From NCBI RefSeq assembly GCF_009914755.1, contig NC_060936.1: a stretch of DNA of 64,000 bases, one strand, 5' to 3'. The position numbers and the translations under genes are program-made. This stretch comes from the human T2T-CHM13v2.0 reference genome, Homo sapiens. Shown in pieces: positions 50,099 to 64,000 of this stretch (its first letter is position 1; each line of letters opens with the position of its first letter). A model generated the notes under the pieces. It was not told the DNA's origin. It ran no database searches and saw only the letters and a program-made list of their open reading frames with translations.

Positions 50099-52404
50099 AA
50101 GAACAAATTGCAATTTGTTGAAAAATAAGTTAAATATTCAGAACACCTGATTAGTGAAGGGAAGTGGAAAATAAACCCAGAAAGAATATCAGGAATAGTG
50201 GGTCTGCCTTTGTCTAAGACAAAGCGAGAACTCCAAAAAGTTTTTGGTTTAACTGGCTACTTTAGGTGCAGGCCCTCATTACAGCCCCAATCCTAGCCCT
50301 CCTATTTTTAGAGAAACTAGCCCATCTGTTTGTAATGGTAGACCAGGGTGTGGCCCTTGGGGTGCTCATTCAAACCTGGGGAGGGAAGAGGCAATCTGTT
50401 GCTTTTGTCTCCAAGCTTCTCGATTCTGACTCTCAAGGATGGCCCTAATGTGTGCAAGCAGTACCTGTCACCACCCCACTGGTAGAGAAAGTTGAAAGCT
50501 AATCTTTGGTGAGGCCCTAATAGTGAGCACCCCACATCAGGTCAGGAATATATTAAATCAAATATCTGGGAGAGAGTTAATGGATTCTCAGATTCTAAAA
50601 TATGAAGCTATATTATTAGAAAAAGATGATTTGGCTGTAAGAACAAATACTTGTCTGAATCCAGCCAGTTTCCTATGGGAAGGAGAGGAGAACAAAGAGG
50701 CATAAGACCATAACTGCTTAGATATCATAGAATACCAAACCAGAGTTAGACCAGACATTAGAGAAGCTCCTCTACATAATGGGATTAGGCTGTTTGTGGA
50801 TGGGTCATCCCAAGTGATAGATGGCAAGATACATAATGGTTATGCTGTCATTGATGGAAATGAACACTCGTTATGTGAGGAAGGTAGATTACCTAATGGC
50901 TGGTCAGCCCAAACCTGTGAATTATATGCCCTTAACCAGGCCCTAAAGCTCCTTGAAGGCTGAGAAGGCACTATATATACTGACTCCAAATATGCCTTTG
51001 GGAGGTACACACTTTTGGAGAAAATCTAGCCAGAGCAGGGCTTAAGAAATAGCAAGGGAAAGGAACTGATACATGGGAAACTAATCAGCAGGTCTTAAAG
51101 AGCCTTCTGTTTTCAGCAGAGATAGCCATAGTTCATATAAGTGACCATGAGAAAGGGAACACTATGGAAGCTGTAGGGAACAGGCTTGCTGATGAAGCTG
51201 CCAAACAAGCCTCTCTACAGGAAGAAATTAGACTATTTAACCTAATTCTAGACATCTTGAAGGTAATATTAAGGCCCCAATTCACTAGAGAAGAGAAAGA
51301 GAAACTAGGCAAGATAGGGGCCACTCAGACTGAAAATGGAGGGTGGGTACTTCCTCATGGGAGAGAAATGATAAGTAAACCCCTGATGACAGAACTAAAG
51401 TCTATATTACACAAAGGGAGTCATTGGGAACCCCAGGCTCTGTGTGATGTAATACTTAAGAATTATGGGTGTATAGAGATTTACACCCTCACTAAATAAC
51501 TATGTAGAAGCTGTGTAACTTGTCAAAGAATAAACAAAATGGTGATTAGAAAACAGGCCTTTGGAGGAAGACCTCCTGGACTAAGACCAGTTCAGAGCAT
51601 TCAAGTAGATTTCACAGAAATGTCCAAGGTAGGAAGACCAAAGTATTTGCTGGTGATTGTAGATCACCTTTCCAGCGGGGTGGAAGACTTTTCCTTTCTG
51701 ACAGCCACTGCTTGGAATGTGGTAAAAATAATATTAGAACACAGTGTACCTAGATTTGGCCTGGTGGCAAATATTGATTTGGACAATGGAAACCACTTTA
51801 CCTCAAGGATGCTAAGGGGAATTATGGAAGGTTTACACATTAGATGTGAGTATCACACTCCTTGGCATCTCCATTCCTCTGGAGAGGTAGAGGGAATAAA
51901 TCAAACTCTCAAAAAGCATATTACCAAACTAATCTTAGAAACTAAAATGGCTTGGAGAAAATGTCTCCCAATAGCACTCCTTAGGATTAGGACAGCCCCA
52001 AGAAAATACTTGGGATTGTCCCCCTCTGAGTTATTATATGGGCTCCTGTGTTTGGGCAGAGCTACAGATCTTCCTACTAGGGAAACCAAGGACCAATTCT
52101 TAAGAAATTGCATACTGGCTACATTCTCCATCGTGTCATCCCTTCGGTTAAAAAGACTTCTGATTGAAACTCCACCTCTTGAGTTCATGACTCACCACTT
52201 CCAGGCTGGTGACTCCGTGCTGATTAAGACTTGAAAAAAAGACAACATCCATCCAAGTTGGAAAGGTCCATATCAAGTACTCCTAACCACCAAGACAGAC
52301 ATGCAAACAGCTGAACGAGTGGACTCACTTTACTCAAGTCAAGGAACTGGTAAAAAAAGAAAAAAACAAAAAGAAGCCAGAAGGGAGAGGAAAAAAAAAA
52401 TGGA

Positions 52405-52724
<320 letters not shown>

Positions 52725-52775
52725 TCACCTGAGGAAACCTTAAAATTAACTCTGAGAAAAAACTAAAAAGAAAAC

Positions 52776-55721
52776 ATGAGCTGGCCTCATCTCTGGAAGT
52801 CAGTATGGCTGGGATGGGTTACTATACAAAGAGCAGAAGGTCAAAATGGAAATTGGCAGGGGACTCTTCCATACCCAATCAAGTTAGTGATTAATTTGAC
52901 CAAGACAGTAGCACCCCACACTATAAGATTTGATGCCTGCCAGGTTTTATCTCATGGGAATTTAGAAAACCAGAGACAGCTCTCACAGGTGGATAAATAT
53001 CTTTGTCCTGAACCAGATACAGCTTATGATAGGGCATCACCCTGCTCCAGCTGGGATGATGTATGGTGGAGTACCAAATTTCATGGTTGGACAATAAACA
53101 TGGGGTGGGTAACACTGAGCTGGAGACCCTTGAAGAATAAACTACATCTGTCCAAGGGCTCCCCACCAAATAACTGCCAGAATATAGAATGCAGTCCTAC
53201 ACTCATCACCATTGACAATCCAGCCGTTCTAGACCAAGAACCAAAAGTAGTGTCTTGAGTATATGGTTAGGGGCAGACATCACAGGAAAAGCCCCCATAG
53301 AGTGATTTGTTCTCAAACTGATTAAGAACTTGACCTCCCATTTGCCTGGGACTACTCCAACCCCAGTCCCTAACACACACTTTAATCCATCAAATAATGA
53401 CCCTAAAAGAGTAGAAATAATTGAAGTAAAGGATTTATGGCAAACCTTAGAAACTGAGACAGGGAACAGAGATGTGAATGCCTGGGTCAAATGGCTCAAA
53501 TTTTTGGTATAAACACTGAACAAGAGCAACTGCTACACGTGTGCTGTGGGAGGACCTCAGGCACAGGTGTTTCTGTTTCCCCTAGGCTGGGTATTGATCC
53601 TGAAGGAATGTGTTGCATGTTGGCTCTAAACCAGGACAAGGATGCATGGGGAAATGAGACTCATAAGAGTCTGTCATTGATCTTTCCCACATTGTGGAGG
53701 TCAGATTCCAGAGCAATCCCCTCCTTCTCTATAGGGAATATGAACCACTCCTCTTGCCTCTTTAGGCAGGGGCAGAGTTCAATAAGCCTATGGGAGAACT
53801 CTCGACTTGTACCCACATTCTAAACATCACAGGTAAGTCAGGCAATGGCAATTACTCAGCTTTTATATACCCTGGGCTGATGTCTGATGGTATTATGGGA
53901 ACAGGAACCTCGGTAACCTGTTACCATCTAATTGGACCAGGACTTGTGCTTTAGTTCAATTGGCCATTCCCTTCACCCTGGCATTCCATAAAATACCTGA
54001 AAATACACATGGCCATTGGAACAAGAGAGACTTAACAAATTCTTTTTTTCTCATAAAAATATTATATTTTTCAGAAGAAATATTACACATAATACATTGA
54101 AAATCACTGATTGTTTTTCTTCTTTTTTCTGTGAATGTGTAGGTGTTTGAGTCTCTTGTATTTCTTCTTTTATACAGGATATGGGCTGTTAGAAAACTAT
54201 TTCATTATATTTATCATCATCATTCATTTCAGCCACTTCAGATTTTTGTCTCTCCAAAAATACTGGTGTACAAACTGGTGTGGGGCCCTGGCTATCCACG
54301 GTCTTCTCAGGAGTGTCAAGAGTGCCAAAAACCTTTTTCTTCTTCTTACAGAAAACCTGGCCTTTTGTAGATGTCTGATGATTAGTTTTTAAAATACTTT
54401 CTGTTTTCTGTAAAATCAAAGAAGGAAAATCATAATCAATTCCTTTTTTAGCTCATTTCTTCCTGAGTAATCTTTGTTTCTTTTTAAATCACTCCTCCAT
54501 CCGTAGCTTTTGTGTTAGTGTCCGATTCTGATTATAACATTTCACTGATGATAAGATGGCTGCTTAAATGGAATATTCCAGTCTTTAAAGAGCTCTTTGT
54601 GTACTTTTTCAGGTGGCATATAATGACACTCCAAGAGTCTTTCACCAAACAGGTACTTGTTCATTGTTTCATCAACTATCTTGGCAACATCCTCAAACTC
54701 AAACTTGCAGATGCATAGCCTTTGCTATTTCCAGTCCTTTTACTTCTGAACAGTCTGAACCATGTAACAGTGCCAAACTGGGAGAAATACGAAAAGATCT
54801 GGGTTTCATTAAGTAGGTGGCACACAAAGACTACTCTAGGAGTAAGTTGTTCTTGTTCTTTTTGCTGGGTTGTGCACTTGCAAACCTCTACCACCTCCTT
54901 TTGAAACTCGACATCTTCCTGCGGGTTAAGTGACAGGATTGGCCCAGCTGGTACAGAAAAGGCTGCCATGCCAAAAGCGGCCATCACTAACTCTGCGAGG
55001 CACTCCTAGAAACGTCAGGTTCTCAGCTCCCCAACAAATTTTTTTGATCGTAATATATATGTTGCCTTCATAGGAGTCCCTAGAGGGGATGCCTAATGAA
55101 TTTAAGGCCTGAAACCAAATAGCTGCTGGGTTTCAGTCAGCACTCTTCTCATGATCAGCTATTAATAAAAATGTGGATTGGATTAATTCTATTTATTATT
55201 ATCAACAGAAATTCATCAATTATACTCGGGACACCCGAGTTTAATTAACTAGCCAGTTACATGCCACCAGCTGAATGGCCTGGGAAAAGAGGCTTGAGCT
55301 AGACATGATACTAGCAGATAAAGGGGGCATATGTGTTATGCTGGGTGGGAAATGTTGTATTTTCATTCCCAACAATACTGCCCCAGATTGAACTATTACA
55401 AAAGCATTACAAGGACGGAAAACTCTCACCAACAAACTGGCAGAAAATGCTGGAATTGATGACCGATTTACTGGTTGGCTAGAAGGTTGGTTTGGGAAAT
55501 GGAAAGGCATGGTAGCTTCAGTCCTTACATCTCTCATAATTGTAGCAAGGGCCTTAAGGGCAGTGGGATGCTATATTATCCCTTGTATACTGGAACTAGC
55601 ACAAAGGTTAATTGGAACAGCTATTAACAAACAAATGCCCATGACCTACCAGCAAAATAACTTACTGTTGTTAGACACTGAACCAGACTATGAAGAAGAA
55701 AGTAAAGTAGTCCTAAAATGA
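52776..55721 (+). pseudogene. env: ERV env (disrupted, split by NIFK retrocopy)
   Basis: SU ORF 52776-53258 (IRFDAC, KYLCP); decayed furin site WNKR ~54017-54028; IGVPRG; ISD-like WEKRLELDMILA and CX6CC at 55281-55358; TM segment. Confidence 0.9.
54047..55032 (-). pseudogene. NIFK: NIFK (MKI67IP) processed pseudogene
   Basis: ATG at 54969 ([26 protein letters not shown]), [16 protein letters not shown]-terminal [11 protein letters not shown]; stop 54104-54106; intronless and frameshifted; TSD aacaaatt(c/t)tttt at 54034-54046 and 55033-55045. Confidence 0.96.
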
Positions 55722-55774
55722 TTTGAGGACGAAAGGACCCAAAGATTAAAGTAAAAATAAGACCAAAAGATGAA

Positions 55775-55776
<2 letters not shown>

Positions 55777-55846
<70 letters not shown>

Positions 55847-55848
55847 AA
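55777..55848. repeat. (GAAA)18 microsatellite merging into the proviral polypurine tract
   Basis: Read directly; purine run continues to 55888. Confidence 0.97.
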
Positions 55849-55890
55849 AGAGAAGAGAAGAAAAGGAAAGGAAAGAAAAAAAAGGGAACT

Positions 55891-56284
55891 TGTAAGAAAA
55901 CATTTTAATGGTCCATTTTCAAGGCATGATAGACCTAAGTACTCGCAGCCAGCCTGCGGATATGACAAACTGCACAGCTTATGCACGTAGAAAGTCATAA
56001 TAAGCAAACAGAATGTAGAGGAGGGGTCAGCCCATAAAAGGGAATAAAGTTTTGCTATTGGGAAACAAAAACTTAAGCAAGGAAGGGGACCAGGGTGTGA
56101 CCCTATAAGGAGATAATGAAACTTAGGTGACGTCTGGGAAGATTGTAACCCCATAGTACTCGACCAATGAGGAACTGGGGGAGGGACTTGCGTGCTAGGA
56201 AATAAATTGCCTGCTGTTACTGACCCGGGTGTGCCTGCCTACCAGACACCTGATCTTGCAAGACTATCATTAAAAGTCTCACTC
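55891..56284 (+). repeat. 3' LTR, lacking the last ~65 bp
   Basis: Aligns to the 5' LTR up to 'taaaagtctcact', then Alu begins. Confidence 0.93.
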
Positions 56285-56286
56285 CC

Positions 56287-56626
56287 ACCTGGTGCAGTGG
56301 CTCATGCCTGTAATCCCAGCAGTTTGGGAGGCCAAGGCAGGTGGATCACTTGAGGTCAGGAGTTCAAGACAAGCCTGGCCAATATGGTGAAACTTCATGT
56401 CTACTAAGAATACACAAAAATTAGCTGGGCACTGTGGCATGTGCCTGTAATCCCAGCTTCTCAGGAGGCTGAGGCAGGAGAATTGCTTGAACCCAGGAGG
56501 TGGAGGAGGCTGAGGAAGGAGAATCACTTGAACCCGAGAAGTGGAGATTGCAGTAAGCTGAGATCGTGCCATTGAACTCCAGCCTGGGTGACAAGAGCAA
56601 AACTGTGTCTCAAAAAAAAAAAAAAA
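56287..56626 (+). mobile_element. AluS with a 41-bp internal duplication and no TSD
   Basis: Duplicated 56464-56504 / 56505-56545. Confidence 0.93.
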
Positions 56627-57430
56627 GAATGACGAGGCCTTCACCATCCTGGAAGGTGGTGCCCCCAGGCCCCAGGCACATGGCAAGCTGGATGCTGTTG
56701 ATGGAGTAATGAATGGTAAATACTACCAGGAAAGTAATAGTCCAACAGACAGTTGTGCAGCATTTCACAAGTGGATAGATTGCAGTCAGAGCCTGAAAGT
56801 ATCCGTAAATGGAGAGAAGAGCAAACAGAACGCTTGGAAGCCCTTGATGCCAATTCTCAGAAGCAAGAAGCAGAGTGGAAAGAAAAGGCAATAAAGGAGC
56901 TAGAGGTGTGATATGTGAGATAGGATGAGCAACTACAGAAAACAAAAGCAAACAGGGCAGCAGAAGAAGCCTTTGTAAATGACATTGACCAGTTCTTCCC
57001 AGGCACTGAGTGGGAAAGTGTGGCCTGGCTGTGTAACTTTAACCCCAAGTCCAGAAGGCAGGCTAAAGACATCTCCCAGAGGTGCTCAGTCCTCATCTCC
57101 CTCAAGCAGGCCCCGCTGGTGCACTGAAGAGCCACCCTGTGGAAACATGTGCAGGAAACATCTGCAATATCTTAATCCTACTCAGCAAAGTTCTTCACAG
57201 TTATTGGATTAATTATGTTGAGTTATTTTGGACCAAACCTTTTTGTCTTTAGAGTTGATCATTGTTTGTGATTGCATGTTTCCTTCAACTGTGTTCTACC
57301 TGGCATTCAGAGAGTAGGGGGAGTAGGAAGAGGAAGAGAGAGAAGCCTCCCAACAGTAGCCTCGACCTATGCTTTTGTGCATTATTCTGAGAATAAATTT
57401 CTGTTTCAAACTATTAAAAACAAAACAAAA
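56627..57430 (+). pseudogene. CLTA: CLTA (clathrin light chain A) processed pseudogene, 5'-truncated, non-neuronal isoform
   Basis: [55 protein letters not shown] (no neuronal insert), LISLKQAPLVH* (TGA 57125); AATAAA 57392; A-rich tail. Confidence 0.95.
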
Positions 57431-58098
57431 CAGGCAAAGGATATGATACTTCCCAAAAGAAGTCATACAAGTGGCCAACAAACCTATTAAAAATACTCAG
57501 CATTATTAATTATCAGATAAATGCAAAGCAAAACCACAATGGGATACTATAACATGAGTCAGAATGGTCATTATTAAAAGGTCAATAACCAACAGATGCT
57601 GGTGGCATTGTGGAGAAAGGTAATGCTTATGCACTGCTGGTGGGAATGTAAATTCATCTAGCCAGTCTGGAGATTTCTCAAAAAACTTAAAACAGAGCTA
57701 CCATTTGACTCAGCAATCCTGTTACTCTATATATACTCAAACCTTCCTAGCTAACATGGTGAAACCCCGTCTCTACTAAAAATACAAAAAAATTAGCCGG
57801 GCATGGTGGTGAGCCCCTGTAGTCCCAGCTACTCAGGAGGCTGAGGCAGGAGAATGGCATGAACCTGGGAGGCGGAGCTTTCAGTGAGCTGAGATTGTGC
57901 CACTGCACTCCAGCCGGGGCGACAGAGTGAGACTCCGTCTCAAAAAAAAAAAAAAAAAGAAGATATATTATTTTACCAAAAAGACACATGCACTGGTATA
58001 TTCATCACTGTGCTACTCACAGTAGCAAAGACAAAGAATCAACTCAGGTGCTCATCAATGGTAGTCAATGACAGATTAGATAAAGAAAATGTGGTACA
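57431..58098 (+). mobile_element. Probable continuation of the old L1PA (ORF2 C-terminus)
   Basis: Resumes at 'ggcaaaggatatga', about 125 nt downstream (by comparison with the other L1 copies) of where the L1 stopped at 37795. Confidence 0.75.
57739..57958 (+). mobile_element. 5'-truncated AluY
   Basis: Starts near 'cctagctaacatgg'; 'gagaatggcatgaacc...ggagctt'; poly(A). Confidence 0.9.
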
Positions 58099-60882
58099 TT
58101 GCTTTGCTGGTGCATGTGCTTGTGGGCAGAACTTTCCTTCACTTCCCTGTCAGTGCCTGTGTGGGCATGCACCCTGACATGCCACAGCTGCTGGCATGAG
58201 TACACTGCACACCTTCAACACCCTGCTGTGCTGCTATTACCATTGAAAAAACAGCATTCACAGGCACAGAAACCACCAGACTTGCACTCACCAGCACCCT
58301 TCCCCCATGCCAACACTGCCACTGGCAGAAAACTACCGAGGGAGACCAGCAGACCTGTCCCCAACTCAGTGGTAGATGCTGCCCATGTTAACGTGCACAC
58401 AGAGGATGTACACAAGCCCATGCCAACCGGTGCGCTGCCAACACCACTGCCAGTGCAAATGTGTGTATGGGCACCACTGGGTTCCCCTACCCCCATGCCA
58501 TACAGCCACCACCAAAGCTGTGACTGCCTGCACAATGGCTGGCATATCTGCACTCACCAGCACCCCCCTACAGTTGATGAGCATGCACCCTGCTGCACTG
58601 CTGTTGTTGCTGGCATATGCAAGTGAGGATGAATCCCACTGCTACCTTGCTACAAAGTGCTGTAGCTGGCACCATCCATCAAAGTGTTGTGACCAGTGGT
58701 CCAGGAACAAATTGGCCTCTCCAGTGTAGCAGGCTTCTAACCTTCAGGAGCTACAAAACAAAGCAAGGGGCTGATACCAGCTGCTCAGAATTACAGCACC
58801 ACAGTCCAGTCCAGAAGTCCTGAGCTGAGCCTTGGACCCCTAAAATCTTCCAGAAACAAAGCCAGTTGCCTGAACCCACCTTATATCACAATCAAATCCC
58901 CAAGGACATAAAGAGAATAAAAGAAAAAAAAACCTACCCAAAGCTTAGCAACTTCAAAGTTTGAAGGAACATCAGACCACAAAGAGAAGAAAGAACCAGT
59001 GCAAGAACTATGGCAACTCAAAAAACCAGAGTGTCTTACTTACAAATGACCACAGTGGTTTCACAGCAATGGTTCCTAACCAGGCTAAGATGGCTGAAGT
59101 GACTGACATAGAATTCAAAATACAGATAAAAATGAAGATTATTAATATACATGAGAAAGTCAAAACCCAATCCAAGAAATCTAAGATTATAGAGCAATAT
59201 AGGAGACAACGGATGAAATGGCCATTGAAAAAAAGAACTAAAATTATCTGAGAGAGCTGAAAAACACTCCACAAACATTTCATAATGCAATCACAAGTAT
59301 CAACAGCAGAACTGACAGAGTTAAGAAAATAATCTCAGAGCTTGAAGACTGGCTCTCTGAAATAATTCAGTCAGAGAAAAATAAAGAAAAACAATAAAGA
59401 AGAATGAACAAAACCTCTGAGAAATATAGGCTTATGTAAAGAGACCCAGTGTATGACTCATTGGTGTGCCTGAGAGACAGAAAGAGAAACTAAGCAACTT
59501 GAAAAACATATTTCAGGATATCGTCCATGAAAATTTTTGCCAACTCACTAGAAAGGCCAACATTCAAATTCAGGAATTGCAGGGACAGGGAAGCCATGCA
59601 AAATACTACACAAGAAGACCATCCCCAAGACACATAGTCATCAGATTTTCCAACAACAAAATGAAAGAAAAACGTTAAAGGCAGCTAGAGAGAAGGGACA
59701 GATCACCTACAAAGAGAATCCCATCAGGCAAACAGCAGACATTTTAGCAGAAATCCTACAAGCTAGAAGAGATTAGAGACTATATTCAGCATTTTTAAAG
59801 AAAAAAAATTTAACCAAGAATTTCATATTCAGCCAAAGTTTTACAAACAAAGGAGCAATAAGATCCTTTTCAGACAAGCAAATGCTAACAGAAATTGTTA
59901 CTGCCAGACTTGCCTTACAAGGATTCCTGAAGAAGGTGCTAAATATGGAAAGGAAAGACTGTTACCAGCCACTACCCCCCCAAAAAACCGCAAAACTTAA
60001 GTGACACTATAAAGCAGGAACACAAACAGCCTGCATCATTACCAGCTAACAACATGATGACAGGATCAAATCCACACATATGAGGGCTAACCTTGAATGT
60101 AAACAGGCTAAATGCCCCAATTTGAAGGCACACAGTGGCAAGTTAGATAAAGAGGCAAAACCCAGTGGTACGCTCTCTTCAAGAGACCCATGTCACATGC
60201 AATGACACCTATAGGCCCAGAGTAAAGGGATGGAGAAAAATCTATCAAGCAAATGGAAAATGGCAAATAGGAGTTGCTATTCTAATTTCACACAAAACAG
60301 ACTTTAAACTAACAATGATTCAAAAAGACACAGAAGAGAACTAAATAATGATAAAGTGCTCGATTCAACAAGAAGACCTGTTAAATATATACACACCCAA
60401 AACAGGAGCACCCAGATTAATAAAGCAAGTTCTTAGAGACCTGTGAAAAGATTTAGATAACTACACAATAACAGTGGTAGAATTTAACACCCCACTAACA
60501 GTGTTAGACAGATCATTGAGGCAGAAGACTAACAAAGACATTTTGGACCTTAACTCAACACTTGACAAAATGGACCTGATAGACATCTACAGAATTCCCC
60601 ACCCAAAAACAACAGAATATACATTCTTCTCATCTATGCATGTCACATATTCTAAAATTGACCACACAATTGGACATAAAACACCCCAGCAAATACCAAA
60701 AAAACCCAAACTCATACCAACCATACTTTCAAACCACAGTCCAACAAAAATAGAATCAATGCTAACAAAATTACTCAAAACCATACAATTAAATGGAAAT
60801 TAAACAATCAGCTCCAGAACAATTTCTGGGTAAACAATAAAATTAAGGCAAAAATCAAGAAATTCTTTGAAACTAATCAGAG

Positions 60883-61179
60883 GGCCGAGCGTGGTGGTTC
60901 ATGCCTGTAATCCCAGCACTTCGGGAGGCCGAGGCGGGCAGATCATGAAGTCAAGAGATTGAGACCATCGTGGCCAACATGGTGAAACCCCATCTCTACT
61001 AAAAATACAAAAATTAACTGGGCGTGGTGGCGCATGCCTGTAGTTCCAGCTACTGAGTAGGAGACTGAGGCAGGAGAATTGCTTGAACCTGGGAGTCAGA
61101 GGTTGCAGTGAGCTGAGATCGTGCTACTGCACTCCAGCCTGGCAACAGAGCGAGACTCCATCTCAAAAAAAAAAAAAAA
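60883..61179 (+). mobile_element. AluSc SINE
   Basis: 'gtcaagagatt', 'cctggcaacagagcg'; degenerate TSD aaactaatcaga / aaattaattaga. Confidence 0.93.
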
Positions 61180-61892
61180 AAATTAATTAGAAAAACATAC
61201 AACATACAAGAATCTCTGGGACACAACCAAATCAGCGTTAAGAGGGAAGTTTGTATCACCAACCACCCACATCAAAAAGTTAGATCACAAGTTAACAACC
61301 TAACATCACAACTAGAGGAACTAGAGAAACAAGAGCAAACTAACCCCAAAGCTAGCAGAAGGCAAGAAACAACCAAAATCAGAGCTAAACTAAAGGAGAT
61401 TGAGATGTGAAAAACCATACAAAAGATCAATGAATCCAGGAGCTGGATCATTGAAAGAATCAGTAAGATAGACTGCTGGCTATACTAATAAGTAAAAATG
61501 AGAGAAGATCCAAATAAACACAACCAGAAATAACAAATGGGATTACCACTGATCCCACAGAAATACAAAAAACCCTCAGGGACTATAACAAACATCTGTA
61601 TGCACACAAGCTAGAAAACCTAGAAAAAATGGATAAATTCCTGGAAACATACAATCTCCCAAGATTGAACCAGGAAGAGATTGAATCCCTGAACAGACCA
61701 ATAATGAGTTCCAAAATTGAATCAGTAATAAAAAGCCTACCAACCAGAAAAAGCCCAGGACTATATGAATTCACAGCCAAATTCTGCCAGATGTACAAGA
61801 AAGAGCTTGTGCCATTGCTTCAGAAAGTATTCAAGAAAATTGAGGAGGAGAAACTTTTTCCTGACTCATTCTACGAAGCCAGCATCATCCTA

Positions 61893-62394
<502 letters not shown>

Positions 62395-64000
62395 TAGATG
62401 CAAAATACTCAACAAAATTCTAGCAAACCTAATCCAGCAACACATCAAAAAGCTAATCCATATGAACACGTACGTTTTATCCTATCCCTGAAATGCAACT
62501 TTGGTTCAACATACATAAATCAATAAATGTGATTCATCACATAAACAGAACCAAAACCAAAAACCACATGATCATCTCAATAGATGCAGATAAGGTTTTT
62601 GATAAAATTCAACATGCTTTCATGTTAAAAATTCTCAACAACCTAGTCATTGAAGGAATAGACTTCAAAATAATAAGAGCCATCTGTAAAAAACTCAGAG
62701 ACAACATCATACTGAATGGGCAAAAGCTGGAAGCATTCCCCTTGAAAACCAGTGCAAGAAAAGAATGCCCTCTCTCACCATTCCTATTCAACATAATAAG
62801 GGAAGTCTTAACCAGAGCAGTCAGGCAAGAGAAGGAAGTAAAAGACATCCAAATAGAAAGAGAGGAAGTAAAACTATCCCTGATTGCAGATGATGTGATT
62901 CTATACCTAGAAGACCCCTATTCTCTGCCCAAAAGCTCCTAGATCTAATACACAACTTCAGCAAAGTTTCAGGATACAAAATCAGTTTGCAAAAATCAGT
63001 AACATTTCTATATACCAACAACTGTCAATTTGAGAGCCAAATCAGGAACACAATCCCATTCATAAAAGCCACAAAAAGAATAAAATACCTAGGAATATAG
63101 CTAACCAGGGAGGTGAGATATCTACAATGAGAATTACAAAACACTGATAAAATAAATCAGAGATGACACAAATGGGAAAACATTCCACGCTGATGAATAG
63201 AAAGAATCAATATTGGAGAAATGACCATACTGCCCAAAGCAATGTATAGATTCAATGCTACTTTTATCAAACTATCAACATTTTCTTTACAGAATTAGAA
63301 AAAAAAGCTATTTTAAAATTCATATGGAACCAAAAAAGAGCTCAAATAGCCAAAGAAATTTATTTAGTTATTTAGTTATTTATTTTACAAAAAGAAAAAA
63401 ACCTGGAGGCATCACAATACCTGACTTCAAACTACCTTACAAGTAATGAAAACAGCATGGTACTGGTACAAAAACAGACACATAGACCAATGGAACAGAA
63501 TAGAGGGTGCAGAAGTAGTACCACACACCTACAATCATCTGATCTTTGACAAAATCCAAAAAAGCAAGCAATAAGGAAAGGACTCCCTATTCAATGAATG
63601 ATGTTGGGATAACTGGCTAGCCATATGCAGAAGATTGAAGCTGGACCCCTTCCTTACATCATATACAAAAATTAACTCAAGGTGGATTAAAGACTTAAAT
63701 CTAAAACCAAACACTATAAAAACCCTGGAAGATAAGCTAGGTAATACCATTCTGGACACAAGACCTGGCAAAGACTTCATGACAAAGAACGAAAGCAATT
63801 GCAACAAAAACAAGAATTGGTAAATGGGACCTAGTTAAACTAAGAGCTTCTGCACAGCAAAAGAAACTATCAACAGAGTAAACAGACAACCTCCAGAATG
63901 GGAGGAAATATTTTCAAGCTAAGTATCTGACAAAGGTCTAATATCTACAATCTACAAGGAACTTAAATGAATTAACATTCCAACAACCCCATTAAAAAGT

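Larger units (their letters stand above)
42381..52335 (+). pseudogene. pol: ERV pro-pol (disrupted, split by L1PA7)
   Basis: Protease FLVDTG; RT YRLVQDLR, LPQGF, YVDD; RNase H 'GNRLADEAAK'; integrase IQVDF/DNG/VE (ORF 51539-52234); apparent internal deletion near 50267. Confidence 0.92.

Noticed and set aside
51539-52234. Functional 231-aa integrase
   Set aside because: Separated from its N-terminal zinc domain by a stop at ~51497, truncated at 52234, and such open stretches are expected at this divergence.
52776-55721. Exapted syncytin-like env gene
   Set aside because: Longest ORF is 160 aa; multiple stops, a decayed furin site and a 1-kb retrocopy insertion.
58099-58729. Cys/His/Pro-rich ORFs of 112-175 aa
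   Set aside because: They fall in the repetitive 5'UTR of an old L1PA, have non-ATG or internal starts and no recognisable homology.

Overview
Human genomic DNA (the AluYb8 is diagnostic) made up mostly of transposable elements and retrocopies. I find no intact protein-coding gene, RNA gene or CRISPR array; every sizeable ORF in the track is a broken piece of LINE-1, ERV or processed pseudogene, or an antisense/SVA artefact. Left half: two 5'-truncated L1PA elements (one carrying an AluYb8), older L1M/L2/MIR relics, a full-length GAPDH processed pseudogene, and THE1, MER11 and MER21 LTR pieces. Right half: a deep nest. An old L1PA (about PA13-16) contains a truncated LTR10 with an AP-1 tandem array and an 18.5-kb class I provirus (HERV-I/IP-ADP group, Pro-type PBS, HERVP71A/LTR71-like). 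That provirus in turn hosts an SVA, a full-length L1PA7 with a ~225-bp 5' extension inside its TSDs, Alus and an NIFK retrocopy, and is followed by an Alu-CLTA retrocopy junction with a deletion. I see no evidence of a new multi-gene biological system. The best leads are the probable L1 5' transduction with RFX-like boxes, the LTR10 AP-1 array, shared non-consensus variants between the two neighbouring L1s, and a probable Alu-Alu recombination scar. Subfamily names come from recalled consensus sequences and need RepeatMasker/Dfam confirmation; coordinates of old elements are approximate.
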